A stretch of DNA of 63,866 nt, the filler included, from Octopus bimaculoides (lineage: Eukaryota), in the NCBI RefSeq assembly GCF_001194135.2. It is 8 parts of 8 records of this genome, joined end to end, with 100 filler letters (N's around TTAATTAATTAA, not from the genome) between each part and the next. Parts side by side here need not be neighbours in the genome. Positions count along the whole stretch, not along the records: positions 22,901 to 39,764 come from NC_069005.1; 7 more parts are not named here. One strand, written 5' to 3'. Below are positions 24,241-37,638 of this stretch, piece by piece (positions within the stretch are counted from its first letter, which is position 1; every line of letters begins with the position of its first letter). The notes beneath the pieces were generated by a model. It saw nothing but the letters and a program-made list of their open reading frames with translations. It was not told the DNA's origin and made no database searches. A program made the position numbers and the translations under genes.

Positions 24241-24707
24241 AGTCTGAAAACGATGATTGAAAGACTCCCTGTAATAACAAGGTGCCTTGGTCATGATTTC
24301 AAAAGATGTCAATACGTTGCCAAAATCCTTGCATGCTTAAATCACACACACACACAACCTAGAGAAAATATTGCCGTTAGTGTATTATATCGAATTTTCA
24401 AAACGATTGAAAAAGTCAAAACAAATCAAGACACAGCATTTGTCCACAACACTGCACTCATTGGTATAACGGCAGCACGTAAGATATGTGATAATAAAAA
24501 TAATAAAAATAATAAAAATAATAGAAATAATAAAAATAATAGAAATAATAATGGTGGTGGTGGTGGTGATATTAGCAACTTCCTGCAGCGATTGCATTTT
24601 CTTAGATTCTAATTAACCAAACTGAAAACAATCCTCATAATTAAATGGACCAGTGGGAAATAGTGAGGAAAATTTTATTAATGAATTGAAAAAAAGAAGA
24701 AGATTTT

Positions 24708-24739
<32 letters not shown>

Positions 24740-24749
24740 GTACTACTAC

Positions 24750-24795
<46 letters not shown>

Positions 24796-25424
24796 ATATG
24801 CTAATGACACACAAAGATCTGTGTTCGGTTATACAATGAAAGCACGCGAGAAGATGACTGAAATAATATCAAAGGTATTTTTTTTTTCAATACTTTCTTA
24901 CCCGCAAATCTATCGAGGGACATCACGCTATCAACTTGCCTAAAGAAAAAAAATGTTCATAGTTGACATAAAGCTTTCGGTACACTTGTCGGAAATGTAA
25001 GTTTTGAAGGTAATCATCCTGGCCTTGGCTTCTGGTTCCGGTGGTAATCATGTGTAGCACTATTTCATTATTTTTAGAAACCGTCAGTATGATATAATTT
25101 GTGATTTATTAATTAAATATCTTATAAAGTGAAACATTTTATTAAAGACGAAAATAGTTAGTCTGGAGGAAATTCACCAACCGTTCGATCAGGTTACATA
25201 CTCCCAGCTAGCTGAGCGCTCCACCAAACACCACCGTTGGGAGAAGCTTCATTGCACAAAACACATCCTGATTTTCAGAAAATACAAATAATTCAAGAAG
25301 TGAAGCAATAACATTGCAACTAGGATCCTTTTCTACTCTGACCAATCCACACCAACAAAGACGAGCCATACCGAACCAACTCTGACGATTCTTCTTCAGA
25401 CATCACCCATAACTACCCTGACTA

Positions 25425-25470
<46 letters not shown>

Positions 25471-25619
25471 CTCTTCTCCGATCGTTTATTTATTCTGATT
25501 ATCATTACAGCAAATCAATGAACAATGCAAAAATGCTTTCTGGGAAAAAAAGTAAATAAAAAAACAATGAAACTAATTCCATCAGGAAATCGAATCAACT
25601 TTTATTCCAAAGATTTTAC

Positions 25620-25690
25620 CAACCCTAACCCTAACCCTAATCCCCCATCATAGAAGGCGATGCAGTAGACAATGGTCCTAACCCTAACAT
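25620..25690. repeat. Short CCCTAA clusters
   Basis: CCAACCCTAACCCTAACCCTAAT and CCTAACCCTAAC, about 40 bp apart. Confidence 0.5.
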
Positions 25691-26156
25691 AGACGCTGCA
25701 GTAAATAATACGTTCGACAAATTTATTATGGAAGCTTCTATAAAAGAATATGAAAGCCCAGAAGGTAACGTTAAAAATATTCAACCTTAATTACTGAACA
25801 AGAAGAAAAAGGAAACTGATTGAAGCCAAAGGCAGACTGCATTAAACAGCAACAACATCGTCAACGGAAATTAAACACAAAGTTGATATATTAAATAAAG
25901 AAACAGCAAATTGGAAAACATTTGTACAAAGCATCAACAAATAACGCACTAATTAGAGTAATTAGCAACAACAATAGCCTCAGCAGCAATATAAACAATG
26001 ACAACAACGACCACATCACACGTCTTGTTCAAATAACAGCCATACAAGAGAAGAAAGGTGAGCTGCTGACGGAGAGACCTCTATAGAAACTCTAGCTTTG
26101 CTAAAAATAGCAGTCAAGCTTATCTCGAATCACAAACTACCGTTTTAAAGAAAATA

Positions 26157-27031
26157 TTGGATTGGCAACTAAGTTCCTGCCGTTTTTTTTTAATTTTGGA
26201 ATCTATTTTGTTTTGTTTTGTTTTTACTAGTTAATTTTAGTTAATTTTTGTTTATTTTCAGATCATTAAAATGGAATGTCAAGTTAAGAAAAATGTGCAT
26301 TTTCGACACCTCCTTCTTTTTGCTTTTAATCAAGGTTCTAAGGCCGCAAAAGCTGCTCGCGACATTTGTGCTGTGTATGGAGAGGGTGCCATAACTGAAA
26401 GAACGGCTCGTGATTGGTATGCCAAGTTCAAAATGGAAAATTTTACCTCAAAGACGCACCCCGTTCTGGCCGTCCAGTTGAGTTCGATGAAGAGCGATTA
26501 AACCAACTTTTGCACGAAGGGAAGGGATTGTCCATTACGAATTGCTTGAACGGAACCAAAAGGTCAACGCGGAACTCTATGGTCAACAGATGGAACGTCT
26601 CAACACGGCTATTCAAAAGAAAAGACCTAATCGGCAGCATGGAGTTCTTCTGCTGCACGACAACGCTTTCCTTCATATCGCCAATATGACCAAGGAAGCC
26701 ATTCAAACGCATGGCTGGGAAGTGCTGCCACATCCGCCGGACTCTCCTGATTTGGCACCAACGAATTTCCACCTCTTTCCATCTCTCCAAATGCTATGCG
26801 CAGAGTTTCATTTAATATCGATGCAGAATTGAGAGCTTGGTTGGATCAATTTTACGAGTCACAATCAGGTGATTTCTACCAACGAGGTGTTGAAAATCTT
26901 GTTGAACGTTGGGAAGAAGTTGTGAACAACAAGGGTGAATACATTATTGATTAATTAGTTGTTATTTTTAATTAAACCTTTTAAAAAATTCTAATTCAAA
27001 TAAACGGCGAGAACTTAGTTGCCAACCCCAA
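26157..27031 (+). mobile_element. Internally deleted mariner transposon with both TIRs
   Basis: Left TIR TTGGATTGGCAACTAAGTTCCTGCCGTTT after TA (26155-26156); right TIR reverse complement TTGGGGTTGGCAACTAAGTTCTCGCCGTTT; about 875 bp in total. Confidence 0.92.
26271..26954 (+). pseudogene. Mariner transposase pseudogene
   Basis: N-terminal HTH MECQVKKNVHFRHLLLFAF...RSGRPVEFDEERL joins near 26520 to EGIVHYELLE...LHDNA...HPPDSPDLAPTNFHLF...LVERWEEVVNNKGEYIID*. Frameshifts present; WVPHEL linker and first catalytic Asp absent; third Asp reads Asn. Confidence 0.9.
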
Positions 27032-27075
27032 AAATGCTGTAGCCACAGCATGGCCGCAGCTATACCTCTCGTCAT

Positions 27076-27137
27076 CAGGTATGTCTCTAGCCATCAGGTG
27101 TATCTCTAGTAACCAGGTGTATCTCTAGTCAGGAGCC
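27076..27137. repeat. 19-bp tandem repeat, 3 copies
   Basis: ATCAGGTGTATCTCTAGNN-like unit. Confidence 0.75.
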
Positions 27138-27761
27138 ACCAGCTCAACAAACAGAAGAAACTGGGTGAAGTTAACGTTACACCGTTTGCTTCAAGAACAT
27201 TAGTGGGTGGGGAGCTACACGGAAATCAATGGAAATGGTTTCTGCGTAGGATTGAAACCAAATGGTCGCAAACACCGTTTCCTGTTCAGAGTCTCACCTC
27301 GAAACATCGTCACAAAACTTTCTAATTAAAGCGTTTCAAGTGACGAAGTATTTACACCTTCTGGTTGCAGTGAATTAGGAAACGTGTCCCGAATTTCGAA
27401 TCAGGTTAATTGGACAATAAGATGAACGACGTTTAAACTTACTCCTCACCATCATCATCAGTATCATCATCATTATCAACAGCGACTACAACTACTACTA
27501 CTACTACTAACAGACTTCAAGTAGGTGATGAGGAAAGTTGTTAAGATAAATGAAGAGATTTGTAATGGCTGTTCATTTATCTTTTTAGCTTTTACGGTTG
27601 TCTTTTAATTAGTAGCATAAAGACCACCTGATCTTGGCCCCGCTCTCTCGCTCTCTCTCTTCTCTCTCTCCCTCTCATACATACACACTTTCCTCACTCT
27701 TTCTTCTTTCTGTCATACTCGTCCCTCTTTCTTTTCCTCATCTTCCAATTCTGTCTTTCTT

Positions 27762-27812
<51 letters not shown>

Positions 27813-28589
27813 CTCTTTCTTCTTTTTCTGTTTGAGTGGCGAGGTGAGGAAACACAGAAAAAGAAAGAAAACTAAAGAGGGGGAGGGTAAAAGTTAGAGA
27901 AACAAAACCAAAGACGGGCAAGTTTAATGGATGGCAGCCGTAACATTACGTCAGGTCAAGTGGTCTACTGCAACTTCACGGCTGCATCCCCCAAGGCGAC
28001 GCTCTACAGGTCCATTAAGCATCACTGTATATAATATGCGCCATATCTATATACATACTTTTTAAGTAAGCAACACTTTAATGTTTGAATTTGTTCCAAA
28101 TTATAAGGTTAATATTTTCTATTAAACCGTTCGAAACGGACGGGTGCCGTTCTGTTTATTTTGCCAATTTGTCTCAGAGCGTTTCCACCCTACTTAATTA
28201 TTCTGTATGTCTTTTTGTATTTGAAAGTTCATTCTGATGACAAAGGAAAATTAAAACAACAAACAGAGAGGGAGAGAGCGTCAGACAGAGATGCTAAATG
28301 GAGGTGAACTGTAATGAATTGATTGCTTTTGCTTTGAAGTCGTCCATATTTTAATCAAAATGAAACGAAATTTTTATCAGAAATTATATTTATTTTATCA
28401 ATTACACACACAAACACACACACACGCACACACACACACAGACACTCATAAAGGTATATGAAACTAAATACTAAACGTTCACGTATAGATACTTCCATTT
28501 TTTTCTTTCTTTTTCGTTTTTCCATGCCTTCTGAAGTTAACCATTCTTCGTTTTTTCCAAGTAAAGGAGAACAGATTCACTCATAAACA

Positions 28590-28783
28590 TATTTCGCCAT
28601 GATAGATCGCTGACCACTACATTTATATTTTTTTCTCTTTATTTCTTTCTGTGTTCCTTTCAGTTGAAGAGCGTAGCTCGAAACGTCAAAGACTTTCTCT
28701 ATTCCCGAGCGTTAAACTAATACATCTATTTGTTGTTTACACCACCTGTCTTCGTCTGTTGTTTTTTTTTCGTAAATTCTCCC
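28590..28783 (+). mobile_element. Penelope-terminus-like repeat with a hammerhead-like motif (copy 1)
   Basis: Homologous to 45362-45560 (minus); motif at 28657-28691; ends in (AT)n. Confidence 0.6.
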
Positions 28784-29765
28784 ATATATATATATATATA
28801 TATANNNNNNNNNNNNNNNNNNNNNNNNNNNNNNNNNNNNNNNNNNNNNNNNNNNNNNNNNNNNNNNNNNNNNNNNNNNNNNNNNNNNNNNNNNNNNNNN
28901 NNNNNNNNNNNNNNNNNNNNNNNNNNNNNNNNNNNNNNNNNNNNNNNNNNNNNNNNNNNNNNNNNNNNNNNNNNNNNNNNNNNNNNNNNNNNNNNNNNNN
29001 NNNNNNNNNNNNNNNNNNNNNNNNNNNNNNNNNNNNNNNNNNNNNNNNNNNNNNNNNNNNNNNNNNNNNNNNNNNNNNNNNNNNNNNNNNNNNNNNNNNN
29101 NNNNNNNNNNNNNNNNNNNNNNNNNNNNNNNNNNNNNNNNNNNNNNNNNNNNNNNNNNNNNNNNNNNNNNNNNNNNNNNNNNNNNNNNNNNNNNNNNNNN
29201 NNNNNNNNNNNNNNNNNNNNNNNNNNNNNNNNNNNNNNNNNNNNNNNNNNNNNNNNNNNNNNNNNNNNNNNNNNNNNNNNNNNNNNNNNNNNNNNNNNNN
29301 NNNNNNNNNNNNNNNNNNNNNNNNNNNNNNNNNNNNNNNNNNNNNNNNNNNNNNNNNNNNNNNNNNNNNNNNNNNNNNNNNNNNNNNNNNNNNNNNNNNN
29401 NNNNNNNNNNNNNNNNNNNNNNNNNNNNNNNNNNNNNNNNNNNNNNNNNNNNNNNNNNNNNNNNNNNNNNNNNNNNNNNNNNNNNNNNNNNNNNNNNNNN
29501 NNNNNNNNNNNNNNNNNNNNNNNNNNNNNNNNNNNNNNNNNNNNNNNNNNNNNNNNNNNNNNNNNNNNNNNNNNNNNNNNNNNNNNNNNNNNNNNNNNNN
29601 NNNNNNNNNNNNNNNNNNNNNNNNNNNNNNNNNNNNNNNNNNNNNNNNNNNNNNNNNNNNNNNNNNNNNNNNNNNNNNNNNNNNNNNNNNNNNNNNNNNN
29701 NNNNNNNNNNNNNNNNNNNNNNNNNNNNNNNNNNNNNNNNNNNNNNNNNNNNNNNNCAAGATCAC

Positions 29766-29857
29766 AAGAAGAAGAAGAAGAAGAAGAAGAAGAAGAAGAA
29801 GAAGAAGAAGAAGAAGAAGAAGAAGAAGAAGAAGAAGAAGAAGAAGAAGAAGAAGAA
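29766..29857. repeat. (AAG)n microsatellite
   Basis: About 30 perfect units. Confidence 0.95.
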
Positions 29858-30714
29858 CATCGACAAAATGGAGGAGGAGAAAAACAAACGAAATCTGTGT
29901 ACAAGAAGTAAAGACCGTATAAGAAACACGACTGCCATGTTCGTTTGCATACCAAAGACGGTTTTGTGTCTGTATTGGGTTTTTTTATCTGTAGTCACCT
30001 CCCCACCCTTACCCCTGGCACCATCCCCTCTATCTCCATCAACCTCTCACGTTGCCTCCTCATCCACTCCCACTTCCTTTCCTTTTTAACCCCTAAAAAC
30101 CACTCTCTTTGCTTACAGACACTAACCACCCGCTGTGTCTATCGCCATCACCGCTGGCTTTTATAATTTAATCCCTCCTTCTCAACCTCCTTTCACACGG
30201 TGTACACCCCCACCCCAACTTCTCTACCACCACCATACTCTGCCATTCTTGGATCTACCTATTCCTTGCCTGTATACTGTCCTTCTACCTGGTCCCCAAT
30301 TTAACGAACCGAAACACGTTTTATTCTCGAGCGAAACAAACTATATTTTGTTGGACTTACGGTTATTGATTGAATAAGAAAAATAGATTGTATAGGATAA
30401 TATAAAGGTTGTACCATCATTATGATCAAGGACTGTCGAAAAAATTCTTTACCGATTAAATAAAGATTTTATGGTTTTAACCTCAATAAAAGGTTAAAAC
30501 AATTTATATAAAATTTTTCGTTATATTTAATTCTCTTTCGAACCAATCGTTCAAATTATTTTCCTTAAAAACCAATCAAATACTTTCTCTATTCAAGTTT
30601 ACATCAACTTTATGGAATATATGTTGCTATGTGGATGCGTTTAGTGAATACAATTTTAAGTCCTTCTTTTAAAATACTGTCATTTTTTGACGGCACAAAT
30701 ATAACATCAGAAAC

Positions 30715-30925
30715 ATTTTCAAACTTTGGCACAAGGCCAGCAGTTTCGGAGAAGGGACTAAGTCGATTAGATAGCCCCAGGACTCAACTAGTATTTATTT
30801 CATCACTTCCCAAAAGGATGAAAGGCAAAGTCAGTCTCGGGGAAATTTGAACTCAGAACGTAAATACGGACGAAACGCCGCAAAGCATTTTGCTCGGCAT
30901 GCTAACAACTCTGCCAGCTCACTGT
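30715..30925 (-). mobile_element. SINE family A
   Basis: Reverse-complement homolog; the head segment AACAACTCTGCCAGCTCACTGTC is duplicated at about 30978. Confidence 0.8.
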
Positions 30926-31667
30926 CAAACTAATATGAGAAATAACCCTTTCTACTTTAGACACAAGGAAAGAAGTCTAACAACTCTGCCAGCTCACTGT
31001 CTAACATGAGAAATAACATGAGACATAATGTCGTCTATAATGTGACAAATCTAGCGTTTCTTACTCTTGGAATCAAAGATTTGAATTATGATGTCGTTGT
31101 TCTTTATGACTAAATCAACCATGATGTAAGTTATATTCTATTAAATTCCAGATGGCGACACCATCTTTACACAATGACTGGAGGAGTTTTCATATTATCA
31201 CTCCAACTACAAGATATAGCAACCAAATCTCCCTCAGATCACATCCTAATGTTTTAGAAAATGATGCATCAATCTGCAATGATTGAAAGCAATGAGTGTT
31301 TAAGCGGTTTGCTCGATTAACAACAAATAGCAGCTAAATCTCCCTCAGATCACGCCATACTGCATCACGTGGTCTGCATATATTGTATTTAAGGAAGACA
31401 CTGGATGGTCACGGCTAGAAAGTCTTTGATCCTAGGTCTACTTGATCTAGATTAACCTGGCACAACAGCAACAACAACAGCTAAATATGCATCAATGGTT
31501 TTCTAATTCTTCTCGTCTGTCATGAGAGAGGAATTTAAGTTACACAGATTACAATTGAGAAGTTTTCAATTATTTGATGCCGCCATCTTTCTTATTAAAA
31601 TTATTAAAACAGTCCAACGGCGAAATGTCAGATTGGAATCTTTATGCAGAGTTTATCAACGGACAAC

Positions 31668-31711
<44 letters not shown>

Positions 31712-32779
31712 NNNNNNNNNNNNNNNNNNNNNNNNNNNNNNNNNNNNNNNNNNNNNNNNNNNNNNNNNNNNNNNNNNNNNNNNNNNNNNNNNNNNNNNNN
31801 NNNNNNNNNNNNNNNNNNNNNNNNNNNNNNNNNNNNNNNNNNNNNNNNNNNNNNNNNNNNNNNNNNNNNNNNNNNNNNNNNNNNNNNNNNNNNNNNNNNN
31901 NNNNNNNNNNNNNNNNNNNNNNNNNNNNNNNNNNNNNNNNNNNNNNNNNNNNNNNNNNNNNNNNNNNNNNNNNNNNNNNNNNNNNNNNNNNNNNNNNNNN
32001 NNNNNNNNNNNNNNNNNNNNNNNNNNNNNNNNNNNNNNNNNNNNNNNNNNNNNNNNNNNNNNNNNNNNNNNNNNNNNNNNNNNNNNNNNNNNNNNNNNNN
32101 NNNNNNNNNNNNNNNNNNNNNNNNNNNNNNNNNNNNNNNNNNNNNNNNNNNNNNNNNNNNNNNNNNNNNNNNNNNNNNNNNNNNNNNNNNNNNNNNNNNN
32201 NNNNNNNNNNNNNNNNNNNNNNNNNNNNNNNNNNNNNNNNNNNNNNNNNNNNNNNNNNNNNNNNNNNNNNNNNNNNNNNNNNNNNNNNNNNNNNNNNNNN
32301 NNNNNNNNNNNNNNNNNNNNNNNTGTGTGTGTGTGTGTGTGTGTGTGAATATATAAAAACAAAAAGATAAAGAGAGCAAAGGTAAGGTTGAAGAATTTTA
32401 TGGATAGAGTCTTACAGCTGTTGCTGGGAAGATCCAGTACTGCCCTTCATCGGAGACAGAAAAAATAAAGTAATCTATTATTATATCCATAGGCGGATAT
32501 TTTTAGTATGAAGTGGTAAAGAGTGTGATGTGCTGAAAAAAGAGAGAACAGTTAAATCCAATACCCTCCTCAACCTTATATATATATATATATATATGCA
32601 TATATATATGTATACATATACACATACATACCTATATGTCCATCTATCTATCTATCTACCTATCTATCTACGTATTTGTCTACCTATCTGCCTATTTTCT
32701 ACCTATCTATCTCCCTATCTATCTATCTCCCTATCTATCTATCTATCTCCCTATCTTCTTATCTATGTAAATGTAAATC

Positions 32780-33000
32780 AGTGTATACAGCATTTCTCAT
32801 GGTCTTTGGATCAACTTTCATGTCTATGGACAGTTTTCTCATGGACGTTGTTAGGTCTTTCGAAATTTTGGTTTCGAGAGATTTAAGAAGTACATTATCC
32901 CTTCCTCAGTTTTTCTTGATGCCTCCAATATCCAGCATTCCATTCTTAACGTTGTAGACAGTATTTTTTCCGTGGTATGTCTAAGTATTTCATTTATTTT
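32780..33000 (-). mobile_element. Tc1/mariner (maT-like) transposase N-terminal relic
   Basis: Minus strand LETKISKDLTTSMRKLSIDMKVDPKTMRNAV resembles the second-HTH pattern IxxxPxxSxRKxAxxxxVxxxTIRxAV. Confidence 0.5.
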
Positions 33001-33501
33001 CATTTTGTGTTCCTCGCTGATGAAAGAAGAATCCTTTTCGGAATAATCCAGAAATCGTAACCGATTCGGGGACGACTATATTTTTATGAATTTCTGTCAG
33101 CTTGCTCTCCTCGTTTCGACACGCGGTGTAATAATAGAAGTGAAAATATGTTATGTGGTCAGACGATTTAGCGTCTATTTTTCAGCATATTGGCAAAGAA
33201 ATTTTTTTCTTTTTGCCCTTATTTATAAATATATACATGTATGAGTATATATATATATATATAAACAAATAGTAAATGAATATACGCATGTGAACACACA
33301 CATTCACACACACTCGTAAAGAAAATTACCCCACGCAGCTTCTGTCATCGATCACATCCATACAAGCCTCTAATTAATTTTTTTGTAACTAAACACTTTC
33401 AAACTTCGGATACTGGTAGAATACATATATGTATACACACAATCATACATATACACATACACACACATACATACGTGTGTGTGCGCATGTGTTAAGTATG
33501 C

Positions 33502-33532
<31 letters not shown>

Positions 33533-33849
33533 GATATAAATATATATATGTATATAAATATATCGCTTGACTGACCACACGACTAGCTAAACAGTACAAT
33601 TCTTAATCAACACACTCCACTCCACCATCGCATTGTCTGAGGATACAAGGAGGTGGTGGATGTTAGAAACATGATTTCTTTGTTGGTTGAAAATTTAATG
33701 GTTCATTCTTAATTAATTTCTCTTGTCAAGCTCTTCTCTTTCCTTCTTCCCTCTCTCTCCCTCCCTCTTCCTCTCTTTCAACCAAGTTTTTATATTTATT
33801 TCTCTATCAATAAACATATTTGCGCGCGCGCGCGCGGTCAAAACTTGGC

Positions 33850-35300
33850 AAAAGAGTAATGACAGACAGAAGAAACCTCACTAAAAATTTCCTACTCTTC
33901 TGGGTAAACGAACTGGTTTTTAGTTCCTCTTTGTAGTGCAGTAAACATCGTCGCTTCTCCCAATTCAACATTGCATGGTTGATACACATTGTCAGCATTA
34001 AGGCTGCTTTGCTTTCTATGTAACCTGTTCAATATCGATGACTCTAACATTATTTCAAACACTTTTCACTAATCAATTCATTGCCATGCTATGCTTGATT
34101 CTCTTCCCTTGTTTGCTGTCTCCAATAATTGTCCGCTACACCAACGGTGCTTCTTCATAATCGTCCATCATTTTATGATTCCGCTGGGTAAGATGTTATC
34201 GCTTCCCCCTCTCAATAGGCCAACCTGTTGGAGATTAGAGATGAAACGGTTTTCGAGAGTGTTTTGTAAACAGGTTATTGTTTGACTGTTCGTTTTATTG
34301 AGGCTCCCTTCTTGATCTTTGTTTTGAGTGGGAATCAGGCCTGCGTAAATCAATTTGTTTCCACCCCCATCAGATGTTAATTCCATTCTTTTAGAAATTA
34401 CATTGATTGTATGGACGAGGGAGAAGTACTTCAAGGGATTGTTCTCCTTATTAAATAGACATAAGGTCTGGTTCTCTCACATAAATAATGCAGAGAGACA
34501 GGAAATACTTCCATTCTTCTATTCTTTTATTCGTTTACTTGCTTCAGTCAGTTGAGTGCGGCCGTGTTGGAGCACCGCCTTTAGTCAAACAAATCGACCC
34601 CAGCACTTATTCTTTGTAAGCCGAGTACTTATTCTATCGGTCACTTTTGCCAAACCGCTAAGTTACAAGGACGTAAACACACCAATATCGGTTGTCATGC
34701 GATGGTAGTGAGGGGACAAACAGACACACAAACATATATATATATTCCAATGATTTGAAACAAGTAATAGATAACAGATTTATCTTTTGCAGTTATTATT
34801 ATTATTATTATTATTATTAAGACTTTGTAAAAATGTCTGTTAGACATCTGAAAAGTTAAAACTTTGTAGCTGCGTCTATCATTCATTCATTCGATAAACC
34901 ATTCCTTCCACTGCTATTTCTGAATCTTTCACAAAAATCACTAAATAGTTTTTCAGGAACTCTTCTTTGCAATTCTAACATTTCCTATTGCTTACTATTT
35001 CACCATGTTCCATGTTCTCTCGTGTTTTTTGGTAATTTCATTCCTTCATCACCTGTCCTACCAATTCTGTCAAGTACTTCTTTTGTTCGTCTTTAAACAT
35101 TCTTGCCTTTAGCAATTCATTGCGCTCTTCAAACATCTCCTGCCATGCAATTCTTCAATTTCTCATGCTTTTCGTACTGCAACTCTTTCTCTTTTACTTT
35201 TTTCTCCAGTTCTTTGAAATATTGGTTTCGCATCAAACAGTTTCTTTTATTTCTTTTATTTTTTTACTCCTGTTTCTCAGAATTTTTCTTTCTCTGCTCT
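33850..35300 (-). mobile_element. Degenerate R4/Dong-like non-LTR retrotransposon, RT region, interrupted by a SINE
   Basis: Broken frames give RMFKDEQKKYLTELVG, TITCL (PITCL-like), NILP, SIAWxID (AWIDYKKA-like) and LGE...EIFSEV (GIFQGD-like) in the expected order. Confidence 0.6.
34510..34730 (-). mobile_element. SINE family B 3' part nested in the LINE relic
   Basis: High similarity to the other family B tails. Confidence 0.85.
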
Positions 35301-35854
35301 TTTGTTTCATATCTCCTTTTGTCGTTGATATCATTAACAACGGCTCAAAAATATCTTATTGTTCCCCCCTCTCTCTCTCTCTCTCTCTGTTATTCATATT
35401 ATGTGGGGGGGGGCGTGTGTGTCCACGTGCGCCTTTGTGTTTGTATTAGCCATTCACCGATAAAAAACTGGTGTTGGTATGTTTATGTCTTTTGTTACTC
35501 AGCGGTTCGTTAAAAAGAAACCGATAGAATAGACACCAATCTTAACATAAGTACTTGGATCGATTCAATCAACCCTTGAAAACAGTGTTCCAGCATGGTC
35601 GCATTCCGTTGACTGAAACAAAAGAATACACACGTACACATGTCAGGTCGGATTCTGCACAGTTTCCACCTACGATATTTACCTCGCAGGAGACATTTCC
35701 AAGATGCTGCACTATGAGATCGAACCGTGAAGAGATTCCTGGAGGCAAAAAGAATGGGAAGAGATATGAAAGAATTTTGGAGAAGGAAAAATAAATAAAT
35801 GCCGAGGAACGGGACATAGCAAAGTAGAAGAGGATATTAAAAAGAATATATATT

Positions 35855-36020
35855 TTTCTTTTATTTGTTTCAGTCATTTGACTGTGGCCATGCTGCAGCA
35901 CCGCCTTTAGTCGAACAAATCGACCCCAGGACTTATTCTTTTGCCGAACCGCTAAGTTACGGGGACGTAAACACACCAACATCGATTGTCATGCGATGGT
36001 GGTGAGGGGACAAACCTAAA
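35855..36020 (-). mobile_element. SINE family B 3' part
   Basis: CAGTCATTTGACTGTGGCCATGCTGCAGCACCGCCTTTAGTCGAACAAATCGACCCCAGG. Confidence 0.85.
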
Positions 36021-37604
36021 CACATAAACATATATATATATATANNNNNNNNNNNNNNNNNNNNNNNNNNNNNNNNNNNNNNNNNNNNNNNNNNNNNNNN
36101 NNNNNNNNNNNNNNNNNNNNNNNNNNNNNNNNNNNNNNNNNNNNNNNNNNNNNNNNNNNNNNNNNNNNNNNNNNNNNNNNNNNNNNNNNNNNNNNNNNNN
36201 NNNNNNNNNNNNNNNNNNNNNNNNNNNNNNNNNNNNNNNNNNNNNNNNNNNNNNNNNNNNNNNNNNNNNNNNNNNNNNNNNNNNNNNNNNNNNNNNNNNN
36301 NNNNNNNNNNNNNNNNNNNNNNNNNNNNNNNNNNNNNNNNNNNNNNNNNNNNNNNNNNNNNNNNNNNNNNNNNNNNNNNNNNNNNNNNNNNNNNNNNNNN
36401 NNNNNNNNNNNNNNNNNNNNNNNNNNNNNNNNNNNNNNNNNNNNNNNNNNNNNNNNNNNNNNNNNNNNNNNNNNNNNNNNNNNNNNNNNNNNNNNNNNNN
36501 NNNNNNNNNNNNNNNNNNNNNNNNNNNNNNNNNNNNNNNNNNNNNNNNNNNNNNNNNNNNNNNNNNNNNNNNNNNNNNNNNNNNNNNNNNNNNNNNNNNN
36601 NNNNNNNNNNNNNNNNNNNNNNNNNNNNNNNNNNNNNNNNNNNNNNNNNNNNNNNNNNNNNNNNNNNNNNNNNNNNNNNNNNNNNNNNNNNNNNNNNNNN
36701 NNNNNNNNNNNNNNNNNNNNNNNNNNNNNNNNNNNNNNNNNNNNNNNNNNNNNNNNNNNNNNNNNNNNNNNNNNNNNNNNNNNNNNNNNNNNNNNNNNNN
36801 NNNNNNNNNNNNNNNNNNNNNNNNNNNNNNNNNNNNNNNNNNNNNNNNNNNNNNNNNNNNNNNNNNNNNNNNNNNNNNGGGGGAGCAATGATGGTCTTCT
36901 ACTTGTTATCGATATTTTCATCGTTTTAAGTAATATCTTTAATTTACTGCAACCATATCTCGATAAATTACAAATTTACATTAATTTATTCAAATTCATG
37001 ATTTGGGTTTTTTTTTCTTTCGATCTGTTTCCCTTTTTTTTTTTCTCTGTGGTTCTTTATTTTGCTTTGAAGAAATTTTGTTTCGTTTTGGCTTTATTTG
37101 AAAGTTAGGTTGTTATGCACAAGATCGTCGTTTCGGTTCCTGGGCCGGGCATTGCGTTGTATTCTTGAGCAAAACACTTCATTTCACGTTGTTTCCGTCC
37201 ACTCAGATACGAGTTGTGGATCTTATTTCAGACGTTCTCATCGGTTCTTCACTTCGTTTGCCGACAGCTTTTTAAAAAATCACTGAAATTCAGCTTAATT
37301 CCCACTACCTCCACTGCCCTCTCTCCCTCGCACCAAGTAGTTTGTCCATGAATTTGAACACTGCACCTCCATTCCGTCAAAAACTGAAGACGTGTTAGCA
37401 TTTTGTGCTTCTCTCATTGGAGGCCAACGAACGGCTTTCCTACTTTCGTTGCCTTTTTGTTTCGTGTTGAATAAACTGTCGAACGTCTCCTCTTATCTCA
37501 CAGTTCTGCCATCTTTCATACAACCTTTTTTTTTTTACTCTAACAGCCTTCTCTGTCTCCTCCTTCCTCTATCCTCCCTCATTTTCTCACTTCCCTTCTC
37601 TCTC

Positions 37605-37638
<34 letters not shown>

